Positions 19,932 through 27,805 of a stretch of DNA of 64,000 bases are shown here, in pieces. The DNA lies in contig OY970378.1 of NCBI GenBank assembly GCA_963718875.1, forward strand, positions 669,373 through 733,372. Reading direction: 5' to 3'. The DNA comes from Candidatus Parcubacteria bacterium (lineage in GTDB: Bacteria; Patescibacteriota; Saccharimonadia; UBA4664; JBIOIQ01). The notes beneath the pieces are model-generated. The model ran no database searches and had not been told where the DNA came from. It saw only the letters and a program-made list of their open reading frames with translations. A program made the translations under genes and the position numbers. The number at the start of each line of letters is the position of its first letter. The first letter of the stretch is position 1.

Positions 19932-20390
19932 CTACTTGTAATAGCTTCGTATCTGGAAAAGAATAAACAAGCTTAGGAGCGCACTTATGAGAGCATTCAA
20001 GATATGTCCGCTCAAGAGTCCCACCGCTAAGGACACTACAACACCGTAGAAAGTAAGCATCCAGCCTTGTTTGGTACGAGCCAACAAGCCGGGTATGGCC
20101 GCAGCGAACAAGCCAACCTGAACTAAGGTAACGATCCACACCAAGCCTATACCAGTGGCGACTGCTGGTGAAGCAACACCAATAACTGGTAGTGCGACGG
20201 TACTTATGCCCAATGCAAGCAACAACAAAGGCAGAGCTAAGAGAAGTAGAACTAGATCTATCCAGGGACCGTATTTTACAATCCATTTTTTAGCGTTTTC
20301 TGGAAGCTGTACTGGAGACTTTGTTACCAAATAGTATTCTAGCATTCCCATTACATCTTTTGGAGGAGTGTCCGAACTTGGTCGAGCCAT
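19932..20390 (-). CDS. Hypothetical polytopic membrane protein
   Basis: 152 aa with 3-4 hydrophobic helices, no recognisable catalytic motif; lies between the rarA upstream region and the IS481 left end. Confidence 0.45.
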   Translation of the reverse strand: MARPSSDTPPKDVMGMLEYYLVTKSPVQLPENAKKWIVKYGPWIDLVLLLLALPLLLLALGISTVALPVIGVASPAVATGIGLVWIVTLVQVGLFAAAIPGLLARTKQGWMLTFYGVVVSLAVGLLSGHILNALISALLSLFILFQIRSYYK

Positions 20391-20451
20391 TTTAATAAAT
20401 CCTTCATTAATACTTCCATCATAAGCAATTTGAGCTGAAAATTCAATTTAG

Positions 20452-21519
20452 TGTGGTGGTTCATAACATGAGCGCCACTTTTTCTCGTTCTAGTTTCTCG
20501 GCATATTCCTTTGGCGTCAAGTATCCGAGAGCTTCGTGTGGCCTGTAGTCGTGGTATTTCACTAGCCAAGTGTCGATGATGTCTTGTTGGTCGGCTAGAT
20601 CAATTGCTAGGCCGCCCCACTGGATACATTCCCGCTCCAAGGTACCAATGAAACGCTCAACATGGGGCTTGTCTTTGGGAGTGTAGGGACGGGCAAAGTA
20701 CTGCGTAACGTCCATCTCCTTTAAGAGTTTGGCAAACTTTCCTAAATTCTCAGAGCCGTTGTCGTTTAAGGCAGCGGTCGGGACTAGTCCCCAGAGCTCA
20801 CAAACCTTGGTCCAGGCAACGGCAGCTTGCTGAGATGAAATACTGCTAGCCACATGGACGAAAGCTCGTTTACCCACGACATCAATGGCCACAAACCCAT
20901 AGCGTTTAACCCCCAGCATGGGCAAGTGCTTAACATCCACCTCGACTAAGTCGCCAGGCTCTGCTGCCACCAGATCTTTCGGTTTACGACGGCGGTTGAC
21001 TCTGTCAGGGTGCCCTTGGGTTTAATTGGCGGGGTGATAAACAAGTTGTAGCGCTTGATGATCCGGCCAATAGTTGAGGCGGATAAAACTACTTCATGGT
21101 CACGCTGCAGAATAGTTGCTAGTTTGTACTTAGAGTATTCTGGGTTGGCTTTGCGCAAAGAGCAAACGAGATCTATGTGAGCTAAGGGGGTTGTGGGCTT
21201 ACGGACTTGCCTGGGACGTTGAGACAAGTTCTCCAGCCCTTTTAGTCCCTGTTGGTGAAACCTTTGGTAGTAGCGGTAGAAACTGCGATGATGGATGCCA
21301 AAATGGCGACAGGTTAGACGGGCATTGCGGCCATGGGAGTGGTAATAGTCTACCCATTTAAGCCGTTGTTTAGCTTCTTTGGATAACTCTACTGGATCAC
21401 GAACTTTTCCTAACCCTGGAACAATTACGCCAATAGATGTTTGGTGGCCTGTTCGACCCTTCATAACTGCCTCCTCTAGATTATTCTAGAGTGGCGCTCA
21501 TGTATGTGAACCTGGACAT
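20452..21519 (-). mobile_element. IS481-family insertion sequence (~1.07 kb) with TGT-initiated imperfect terminal IRs and possible 5-6 bp TSD (A)TTTAG
   Basis: Left end TGTGGTGGTTCATAACATGAGCGCCACT versus reverse complement of right end TGTCCAGGTTCACATACATGAGCGCCACT; TTTAG at 20447-20451 and 21520-21524. Confidence 0.6.
20461..21464 (-). pseudogene. IS481-family transposase split into two overlapping frames (N-terminal HTH part 20946-21464; rve/DDE integrase core 20461-20970)
   Basis: The upstream ORF ends ...IWWQQSLAT and the downstream ORF continues ...EPGDLVEVDVKHLP (first catalytic D region) in another frame; rve motifs YFARPYTPKDKPHVERF present; a frameshift near 20946-20970 is needed to join them. 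Confidence 0.65.
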
Positions 21520-21587
21520 TTAGCCTTGTAAAAAGGTTTTTTTTAGAGTTTTCTTCAAGAAATATTGGCAAAAGTAAGCATAAGGAC

Positions 21588-21616
21588 TTGACAATATAGT
21601 GCTTATGGTGTAGAAT
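21588..21616 (+). promoter_or_regulatory. Near-consensus sigma70 promoter TTGACA-17-TAGAAT
   Basis: -35 at 21588-21593, -10 at 21611-21616, 17-nt spacer; lies ~70 bp outside the IS481 right end, upstream of the Rpf-like gene. Confidence 0.5.
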
Positions 21617-21637
21617 ACCTTCTTATGTTCAGATGAG

Positions 21638-21661
21638 GGCCTGATTACAGGTCTTTTTTTT
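21638..21661 (+). terminator. Intrinsic-terminator-like hairpin (GGCCTG-ATTA-CAGGTC plus T8) about 15 nt after the predicted TSS; candidate attenuator
   Basis: 6-bp stem (one GU) followed by 8 T; between the promoter and the 21765 start codon. Confidence 0.4.
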
Positions 21662-21764
21662 CTGGACATAATATCTCATTCATTCGGGGTGAGGTGGAGT
21701 TATATCACATAACGAAAGGTACACTAAGCATCGGCTGGCGCATTATCTTGCGTAACCGATACAT

Positions 21765-22380
21765 ATGCGTAACTTTACTAAGTTAGTAATGGCTTCGGCT
21801 ATGCTAGCTACTCAGGCGACACCTACTGCTCCTTATGTAGACGCCGCTTCAGTTAGGGCTTCAGTCCCTACTGTAGTTTCTTCAGAAAGTATGATTCATT
21901 TTTCAACCGCTTCAGTATATGCGGTTGAACTTGAAACTAAACCACAACCAGACTTTGATAGCGAAGTTTTAGTGCCTTTGCGGAAAGCTCAAGCTGATGC
22001 AGCTCAAAAAGCCGCTGAAGCTAAAGCTGCTCAAGCAGCAGCTCAAAAGGTTGCTCAAGCAGCCACTGCCAGCACGAACAGTTACCACTACGACCAAAAG
22101 CTTTGCGTATAATGGCCAAGTTTTAAGTGAGGCTGCTATACAATTCTTAGGTAATTGCGAGAGTGGCATGACGGCCAACCGTAATTCAGGAAACGGTTTT
22201 TACGGTGCCTTCCAGTTTACCATTAGCACTTGGAATTCAATGCAAACTGGCTATGCGCGAGCTGACTTAGCTCCCTTAGATGTCCAGATTCAAGCTGTCC
22301 ATAAGCTGCTTTCAAAATCTTCGATTTACACTCAGTTCCCCGCTTGTGCTCGAAAAATGCAAGCTGCTGGTCTGATTTAA
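21765..22380 (+). pseudogene. Secreted Rpf-like (resuscitation-promoting-factor-type) transglycosylase, frameshifted
   Basis: Signal peptide plus Ala/Gln-rich linker in frame 1 (21765-22112), and NCESGMTANRNSGNGFYGAFQFTISTWNS...FPACARKMQAAGL transglycosylase-like domain in frame 2 (21997-22380); one indel near 22060-22090 would join them. Confidence 0.6.
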
Positions 22381-22388
22381 CTAAAAGC

Positions 22389-22418
22389 AAAAACCGCTTT
22401 TAAAAGGGCGGTTTTTGC
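22389..22418. terminator. Bidirectional intrinsic terminator (AAACCGC...GCGGTTT with flanking A/T runs)
   Basis: Hairpin directly after the Rpf-like stop. Confidence 0.45.
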
Positions 22419-22473
22419 GTGTAAAAAGTAACCTTTAGTTGTCGAGTCTCGATGGTTTTTCTCGAATGTCTAT

Positions 22474-23010
22474 TTATAAGGTCGTGTCGGCGATATTGGT
22501 ACCACCATGTACGCCATCTCCCCGAAGATCTAGATCCGTTGGATTACTTGCAGGGGTTGTTGGGTCGACCATCGGCGGCATTTCTGGATTTGTCTCGATA
22601 GGGTCGGTAGCAGGGTTATGAGATGGAATTTCTATTTCCTTAATGCTTAACTGCGAAGCCAAAGTTATTTGAGAGTCCTGTAGTGCTCGAGCTGTAGCAA
22701 GGGTAGATAATGCGGGGTTTACGGGCTTATAAACAATGCGGGGTTTAATAGTAGTACTGCGATATTGGGGAGCTTGCGTGCTTAGCTGAGAGGGATTTGT
22801 TGGCTGAGAAAGTGAGCTTTGAGGGGTGATGATTTGAGTTTTAGGCTTTGGAGCAACTCGAGGTTTATTAGCTACTGGTTTCTGCCCAGGAAGTCTGAAA
22901 AAGGCTAAGCTAATAGTAGCCCCTAGTAATAAAACAATTGTAAGCGCAGCAAAAGTTTTTACTCCGTTTTGAACAGATTGTTTTTGACTTAATTGCTTCA
23001 TAAACTCCAT
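22474..23010 (-). CDS. Hypothetical N-terminally membrane-anchored Pro/Thr/Ser-rich protein
   Basis: 178 aa, one TM helix near the N-terminus, then a low-complexity P/T/Q-rich region. Confidence 0.5.
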   Translation of the reverse strand: MEFMKQLSQKQSVQNGVKTFAALTIVLLLGATISLAFFRLPGQKPVANKPRVAPKPKTQIITPQSSLSQPTNPSQLSTQAPQYRSTTIKPRIVYKPVNPALSTLATARALQDSQITLASQLSIKEIEIPSHNPATDPIETNPEMPPMVDPTTPASNPTDLDLRGDGVHGGTNIADTTL

Positions 23011-23091
23011 GTTGTGGTTGGCTCACTGACTTTAAGTAGGAGCCTATTTTAGTTTGTTTTGGTCAAAATTACAATATTTTTGATGGATTAT

Positions 23092-24594
23092 TTAAGGCTT
23101 GTGATTACTCACTAGATCTTGGTTCGACGATATACTTTGCAAGAATTGATAAATTTTTACCATAGCTAGAGTGTCTTGTCCGCAGTAGGTTATGAGGTCT
23201 GAGTAGACCTTTTGGTTTTCTTCGGTCGTTAAATGCCCTTTGGCGCTATTTGTCCACCGAATTTGAGCAGTTGCTCCTTCGTGAATCTCTAAGTCGGCGT
23301 AGCTCATTTCTGGCACAAGAATTGGTAAGACGTTCTTTATGGATACGCTACCGCCAAAATTGGGGTCTACATACCAAAAGTTACTAAATACTTCCATTAA
23401 ATCCACAACTCGGTCGTTAACTGAAGCTAAAAAACTTGCATATTCAGGTTGTAGCCTTGACATGGTGTTGTTGCAGCTCATTTCAAACAGTTTAAACCAA
23501 ACCAATACGCTTCCGCTTAGTCCAAGATCTCTCTCTAGCCGCAAGAGAAGTTGCGGTATAGGATTGTCGCTTCCGCGGCTCAAGAATTCCTTGTGGCGCA
23601 CTTCCCCACCCGGCATATCAATAATATGGAGAGAATATTGGAATGGAAGCTGTTGGTATGGTCTTTGCTTATCCCATAGTGGAATGGCAAGATTATAGGT
23701 TTCGTAATCAAGAAAATATAGTGGATATTGAAGCTGGCTTAACCACTCAGCAATTTTTACTCGATGCGTTGCTGGTCGGTCTAACCGTAGAGCTTCAATG
23801 TATGCGCGTTGTTCTCGTGATAGTTTGGACGACAGAGAAATTTGACTTGATTTTGTAATCCCCGACTGGCTCCATGAGCGCAGCTGATCGGGCTTAAGCC
23901 GCTTCAGCCTGAAAATGCTATCTGGTTCCAGGCTGGGGTGAAGATGCCGATATGTCGGTAACCAAGCACCTAAGTTGGTTGCCTTAATGGGGTGCAAATC
24001 TGGACATTGGCTAAGGTTGAGCACACCAATAGCCTCAATAATTTTGCTTTTAGTAGAGTCAAGGATGGAGTCGACCCGGTCGGTAACGTTAACTGTTTTG
24101 AAAAGGTGACGTGGATTTATAGCACCGTCTTTCGTGAATCGGGTATTTATGTGTACAACAAAGGTCTGGCCTATTTTGTAACCATAGTCTGTAAAGGCGA
24201 CTTTTTGAAAACTTAGGTCGTTTAGGTGGTCAAACCGGACTTTGGTTGCGGCTTTAATTTCGTAAATGTCCCAATGCAAGCCGTTTTTTACCAAAACGTC
24301 AGCCCGCGCATATAAATTGCGACTAGTTAAGACGGACGCCTGGAAGAGGGTGGTCGAACCGTTGCTTATAATCCAGTTAGTGTCAGTAACGGCCTCTTTA
24401 AGAACCGTTTCTATCATTATCCCATCAGGAAAAAGACTGCGGGCAAGTGCCTCCACCTCGTTCCCTTGGTTTACGTGGTAGTGTCCTGATTCATCGAACG
24501 GCGGCAGTTTGTCTTTGTCGTATTTTGAAAGCCAAAGGTAGGCCGGATGAATTAGGAACTTTAGGTAGTCAGACTTGGTTAGCCATTTAGCCAT
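23092..24594 (-). CDS. Two-nuclease-domain protein: N-terminal PD-(D/E)xK nuclease, C-terminal DEDDy-like 3'-5' exonuclease domain (DUF2779-like)
   Basis: ARADVLVKNGLHWDIYEIKAATKV (D...EIK motif) in the N-terminal half; YFLDYETYN (Exo I-like DxE) and YCGQD (Exo III-like YxxxD) in the C-terminal half. Confidence 0.55.
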   Translation of the reverse strand: MAKWLTKSDYLKFLIHPAYLWLSKYDKDKLPPFDESGHYHVNQGNEVEALARSLFPDGIMIETVLKEAVTDTNWIISNGSTTLFQASVLTSRNLYARADVLVKNGLHWDIYEIKAATKVRFDHLNDLSFQKVAFTDYGYKIGQTFVVHINTRFTKDGAINPRHLFKTVNVTDRVDSILDSTKSKIIEAIGVLNLSQCPDLHPIKATNLGAWLPTYRHLHPSLEPDSIFRLKRLKPDQLRSWSQSGITKSSQISLSSKLSREQRAYIEALRLDRPATHRVKIAEWLSQLQYPLYFLDYETYNLAIPLWDKQRPYQQLPFQYSLHIIDMPGGEVRHKEFLSRGSDNPIPQLLLRLERDLGLSGSVLVWFKLFEMSCNNTMSRLQPEYASFLASVNDRVVDLMEVFSNFWYVDPNFGGSVSIKNVLPILVPEMSYADLEIHEGATAQIRWTNSAKGHLTTEENQKVYSDLITYCGQDTLAMVKIYQFLQSISSNQDLVSNHKP

Positions 24595-24624
24595 ACTTAA
24601 TATTGTAACAAAAGCTGTTACTTG

Positions 24625-25395
24625 CTATTTGAATCGTGACGCTGACTCAATTAAGGCTTGGCGGGATTTGCGATAGCTTTTTAGGCCTAAAAACATGGCC
24701 GGAATGGCAACACTTGCTATCAGAGGTGCCTCTGAGCCAGTTTTAGGGGTTGTGGCGGGTTTTGGAATAGGTGTTGTCGCAGGAGTAGGCGGTGGAACAG
24801 AGATAGGCGCCGGCGCGGGGGTGGCTTTTGTCATCGGGGCTGGCGTAGGTTTTGGTACCGGAGTGGGAGCAGGTACTGGAGTCGGCGTCGGACTTGTCAT
24901 TGCAGTAGTGGCTACCACGGGACGTGCCGTTACAGGATTACCGCAAGATTTGATAACGGCCCACATGAACTGGTTGTTCTGCATGTATACGTAAGCGGGG
25001 AGACTGTCGCTGACAAAGGATACGGACGTAGGGCGAATCCAAACGTTAGCCATTGCAGTTGATCCTTCCATGAACTGACGCCCGACAGATTGGGCATTTG
25101 TTGCAACAACACGGTTATTTAGCAGTAGCACATTCCCGGCTTTTGTTACAGTTCCTTCAACTGTTGAGCTAATAAGATTAGGGTCAATTCCGCTAGCAGC
25201 GTAAATACTTGAAATGTCAGCTGAGCTATTGTGTCCATCTCCTTGGGTCGCAGCTTTGACTACATCTGACGGATACGTTGCTCCACACCAAATAACGGCA
25301 TTATCATCGCAATCTTGGGCAGCTTGAGTTGACAATGGATTCGCAATAGCTATGGCTACGAGCACAATGATTGGTAGTAACTTTTGCTTATTCAT
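24625..25395 (-). CDS. Secreted surface protein with Pro/Thr linker and C-terminal sortase-type sorting signal (TPKTG plus TM helix plus basic tail)
   Basis: N-terminal signal peptide; PTPTPVPAPTPVPKPTPAP linker; C-terminus TTPKTGSEAPLIASVAIPAMFLGLKSYRKSRQ. Confidence 0.55.
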   Translation of the reverse strand: MNKQKLLPIIVLVAIAIANPLSTQAAQDCDDNAVIWCGATYPSDVVKAATQGDGHNSSADISSIYAASGIDPNLISSTVEGTVTKAGNVLLLNNRVVATNAQSVGRQFMEGSTAMANVWIRPTSVSFVSDSLPAYVYMQNNQFMWAVIKSCGNPVTARPVVATTAMTSPTPTPVPAPTPVPKPTPAPMTKATPAPAPISVPPPTPATTPIPKPATTPKTGSEAPLIASVAIPAMFLGLKSYRKSRQALIESASRFK

Positions 25396-25602
25396 AGATT
25401 AGATCCTTTTATGAGTAACAACATCGAATTCTATCATGGCAGAGAAGCCAACAGATTGACTTGTTGAAAGTCACACAAAACAAGCCTAGTTATTAAAACT
25501 TCATTGGAATAACAACCATCATCTTAATACTCGTTTGATTTTTAGCTGGACTTTACTTTTGGCTACTTTAAGGTCAGAATGTAAGCATAATAAGGATTTA
25601 CA

Positions 25603-26373
25603 ATGTCTGAAAATTCTGTGCTGGGCCAGCCCCAAAAAGACCGTCTCAGTATATCATTTGGCTACAAGTTCATATCCCTGACATTGCTCGCAGTGATCGC
25701 TATTATGCTTCTGGTTTGGAAGCCCTGGGTTTCAACCGCCAATGCAGACGATCGTACTATTTCGGTTACAGGCAAAGCCGATATCAAAGCCGAGCCGGAC
25801 GAATATGTCTTTAATCCTAGTTATCAGTTTAAGAACATTGATAAGGCAGCTGCTCTTAAGAACCTCACCGCTAAAAGCAGCGAACTGATAGCAAAATTAA
25901 AGGGTATGGGCGTTGAAGACCGGAATATAAAAACAGATTCTAACGGATATGACTATCAACGCTACTACTATAATAACGACACAAAAGAATCGACTTACAC
26001 CTTAGTTTTGACTGTGACGCTTGCAAACCGCGATAAAGCTCAGAAAGTCCAAGACTATCTTGTAACAACTGACCCTACGGGGAGCATATCGCCCAATGTA
26101 ACTTTTAGCGATAGTAAACGTAAGGCGCTTGAAAGCCAGGCTCGAGACCTCGCTACAAAAGAAGCACGCTCAAAAGCTGAGCAGTCGGCTAAAAATCTTG
26201 GATTTAAGGTTGGGGCAGTTAAGGCGGTCCAGGACGGCTCTGGTTTCGGCAATATATATCCAATGCAGGGCAGGGCCAGCTTAGAGACATCGTCAGAGGA
26301 TGCAAAGTTAGATGTGCAACCCGGTCAAAATGACCTCAGCTATACCGTAAACGTTGTTTATTTTGTTAAATAA
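25603..26373 (+). CDS. SIMPL (DUF541) domain protein, YggE/BP26-like periplasmic/extracytoplasmic protein
   Basis: N-terminal TM/signal anchor, then RTISVTGKADIKAEPDEYVF and downstream SIMPL-like pattern; AAGGA Shine-Dalgarno 7 nt before the ATG. Confidence 0.65.
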   Translation: MSENSVLGQPQKDRLSISFGYKFISLTLLAVIAIMLLVWKPWVSTANADDRTISVTGKADIKAEPDEYVFNPSYQFKNIDKAAALKNLTAKSSELIAKLKGMGVEDRNIKTDSNGYDYQRYYYNNDTKESTYTLVLTVTLANRDKAQKVQDYLVTTDPTGSISPNVTFSDSKRKALESQARDLATKEARSKAEQSAKNLGFKVGAVKAVQDGSGFGNIYPMQGRASLETSSEDAKLDVQPGQNDLSYTVNVVYFVK

Positions 26374-26663
26374 TATTTTAAGCATAACTAGGTTGACTCA
26401 AACTAGTGTATTGTGATTAACTTGACTTACCAACTTAAGTTTTGTGGAGTTGGATGTTTATAACGGCCGCTAAGGTTCGTTATGGTACCTATCTAGAGAG
26501 GACTGCTCATAAACTGTTTAAACAATAGACGCGAAACGTCTAGAGTGATTTCAGTAAGAGTGATACGAGCGCCTAGGCTAATCCATCCTGAAGTGTGATT
26601 GTGGAAAATTACGCTAAAATCATGATACTAGCTATTTGGATGTGTCTTCAAAAGAGCAACTGC

Positions 26664-26694
26664 ACCTCTGACTTCCAATCGGAGGTGTTTTTGT
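26664..26694 (+). terminator. Intrinsic terminator (CACCTC-13 nt-GAGGTG plus TTTTTGTG) in non-coding DNA
   Basis: 6-bp GC-containing stem followed by a T-run; no convincing CDS upstream on the plus strand. Confidence 0.4.
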
Positions 26695-27017
26695 GTTAAT
26701 TTGCTTTAACCAACAACTTAATTCATAATTTTGGTGTCCGGTTCTCCAGCAGAAAGGTGCTTTAAGGTGTCACTGCAGTTGTTCCTGATCCTGACAGCGT
26801 TGCTAGGATGGTTTCTTCCGGCAATGTTACTCAATCTGCTCCTACGCCAGGTTAGAAGGCTATATCCAAGAAGCCGAGTCGCGATCATTTCTCGTGACTG
26901 GCTGTACAGTTGGAAATGGTTCCTGTGCTGGTGGATCACCGTATTGTGCATCATTTTCCGAGTCGAAGATAAGCCAGCCTTCGCTTCGTCGACTACGTCG
27001 CCAACGGCGGAATCGTA

Positions 27018-27084
27018 ACACCCCTAAGTAGTAATTTATCGCCAACGGGCGATATCCGCTTTTCTCAGGGGTGTCGTCTTTTTA
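27018..27084 (+). terminator. Two-level hairpin (ACACCCCTAAG...CTCAGGGGTGT with an inner ATCGCC/GGCGAT hairpin) followed by a T-run
   Basis: 10/11-bp outer stem, 6-bp inner stem, then CGTCTTTTTA; abuts the 3' end of the minus-strand CYTH gene. Confidence 0.4.
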
Positions 27085-27089
27085 TAAAG

Positions 27090-27662
27090 CTACCGTTTTT
27101 CCTGCTGATCAAATTTAAGTATTTTGTAATCAAGCATATTAATCCCTGAGGCTTCATAGATCTGAAAGGCTGAGCAAATCTTCTTGTCCGCTTGACTTAG
27201 GCTGAGTTTTTCGATCATTTTGTCAATATCTGCCCAGCTGGTAGCTTCAATCTCAAGATAGGGTGGGATCAAAGGCATCTCATCAATGTCGAGCTCTACC
27301 CCATCTAGTTCATAACGCGTGCGCTTTTTTTCTTCCAGGAACTTTTCGACCAGTCCAATACGGCGTAGGATCTCGGAGGTGGCTTCAAAGTCGCTAACTT
27401 TTACTTCATGTTCAAGCATTGAGCTATCATTTGCGCCGGCTTTAACTCCTTGGCGCTGTTTGTATGCCAGCTTGGTCTCGTTACCATCGCTACGTAAGCG
27501 CACCCAGGCAGCTTGCTCATTAAGGCGTAAGTCGGGGAAATCAAAGGTGGTGATGCGATACTTTGTTTCGAATAGCTTTTTCCCACCCAGTTCGATAATT
27601 TGATTCTTAAGGTGGTCCCGATTGATATTGAGGAATTTAACTTCTATTTCTTCCATGCACAT
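27090..27662 (-). CDS. CYTH-domain protein (triphosphate tunnel metalloenzyme / class IV adenylate cyclase-ThTPase family)
   Basis: N-terminal EIEVKFL signature and overall ~190-aa CYTH pattern of alternating acidic/basic beta strands. Confidence 0.7.
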   Translation of the reverse strand: MCMEEIEVKFLNINRDHLKNQIIELGGKKLFETKYRITTFDFPDLRLNEQAAWVRLRSDGNETKLAYKQRQGVKAGANDSSMLEHEVKVSDFEATSEILRRIGLVEKFLEEKKRTRYELDGVELDIDEMPLIPPYLEIEATSWADIDKMIEKLSLSQADKKICSAFQIYEASGINMLDYKILKFDQQEKR

Positions 27663-27757
27663 TCTATCCAGTTAGGTCCCTTGACTCGTATAACTCGCTC
27701 GGGATGACAGATAAGTGAAGTTCTGCGGGATACGTTGTGCAGAATTTTACTTCTTTG

Positions 27758-27793
27758 TCACATCTTAATTTCGATGTCGACGCCAGCTCGGGG
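27758..27793 (-). other. Diverged partial copy of the rpsJ 3' end (encodes [11 protein letters not shown] plus stop), located immediately 3' of the real rpsJ stop
   Basis: 26/34 nt identical to the authentic rpsJ terminus at 27808-27841; differences are mostly synonymous third-position changes. Confidence 0.55.
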
Positions 27794-27805
27794 TTTTCGC
27801 GTAGC

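Noticed and set aside
19903-20286. 127-aa ORF in an alternative frame overlapping the 152-aa membrane protein gene, and the 72-aa ORF 20351-20569 overlapping the IS481 left end
   Set aside because: These are alternative-frame overlaps of better-supported features. They are Cys/Arg-rich nonsense-like translations.
26718-27018. Overlapping 78-aa (minus) and 95-aa (plus, TTG start) ORFs in the non-coding stretch
   Set aside because: Both have implausible composition and no SD or ATG. The region is treated as a non-coding or sRNA candidate instead.
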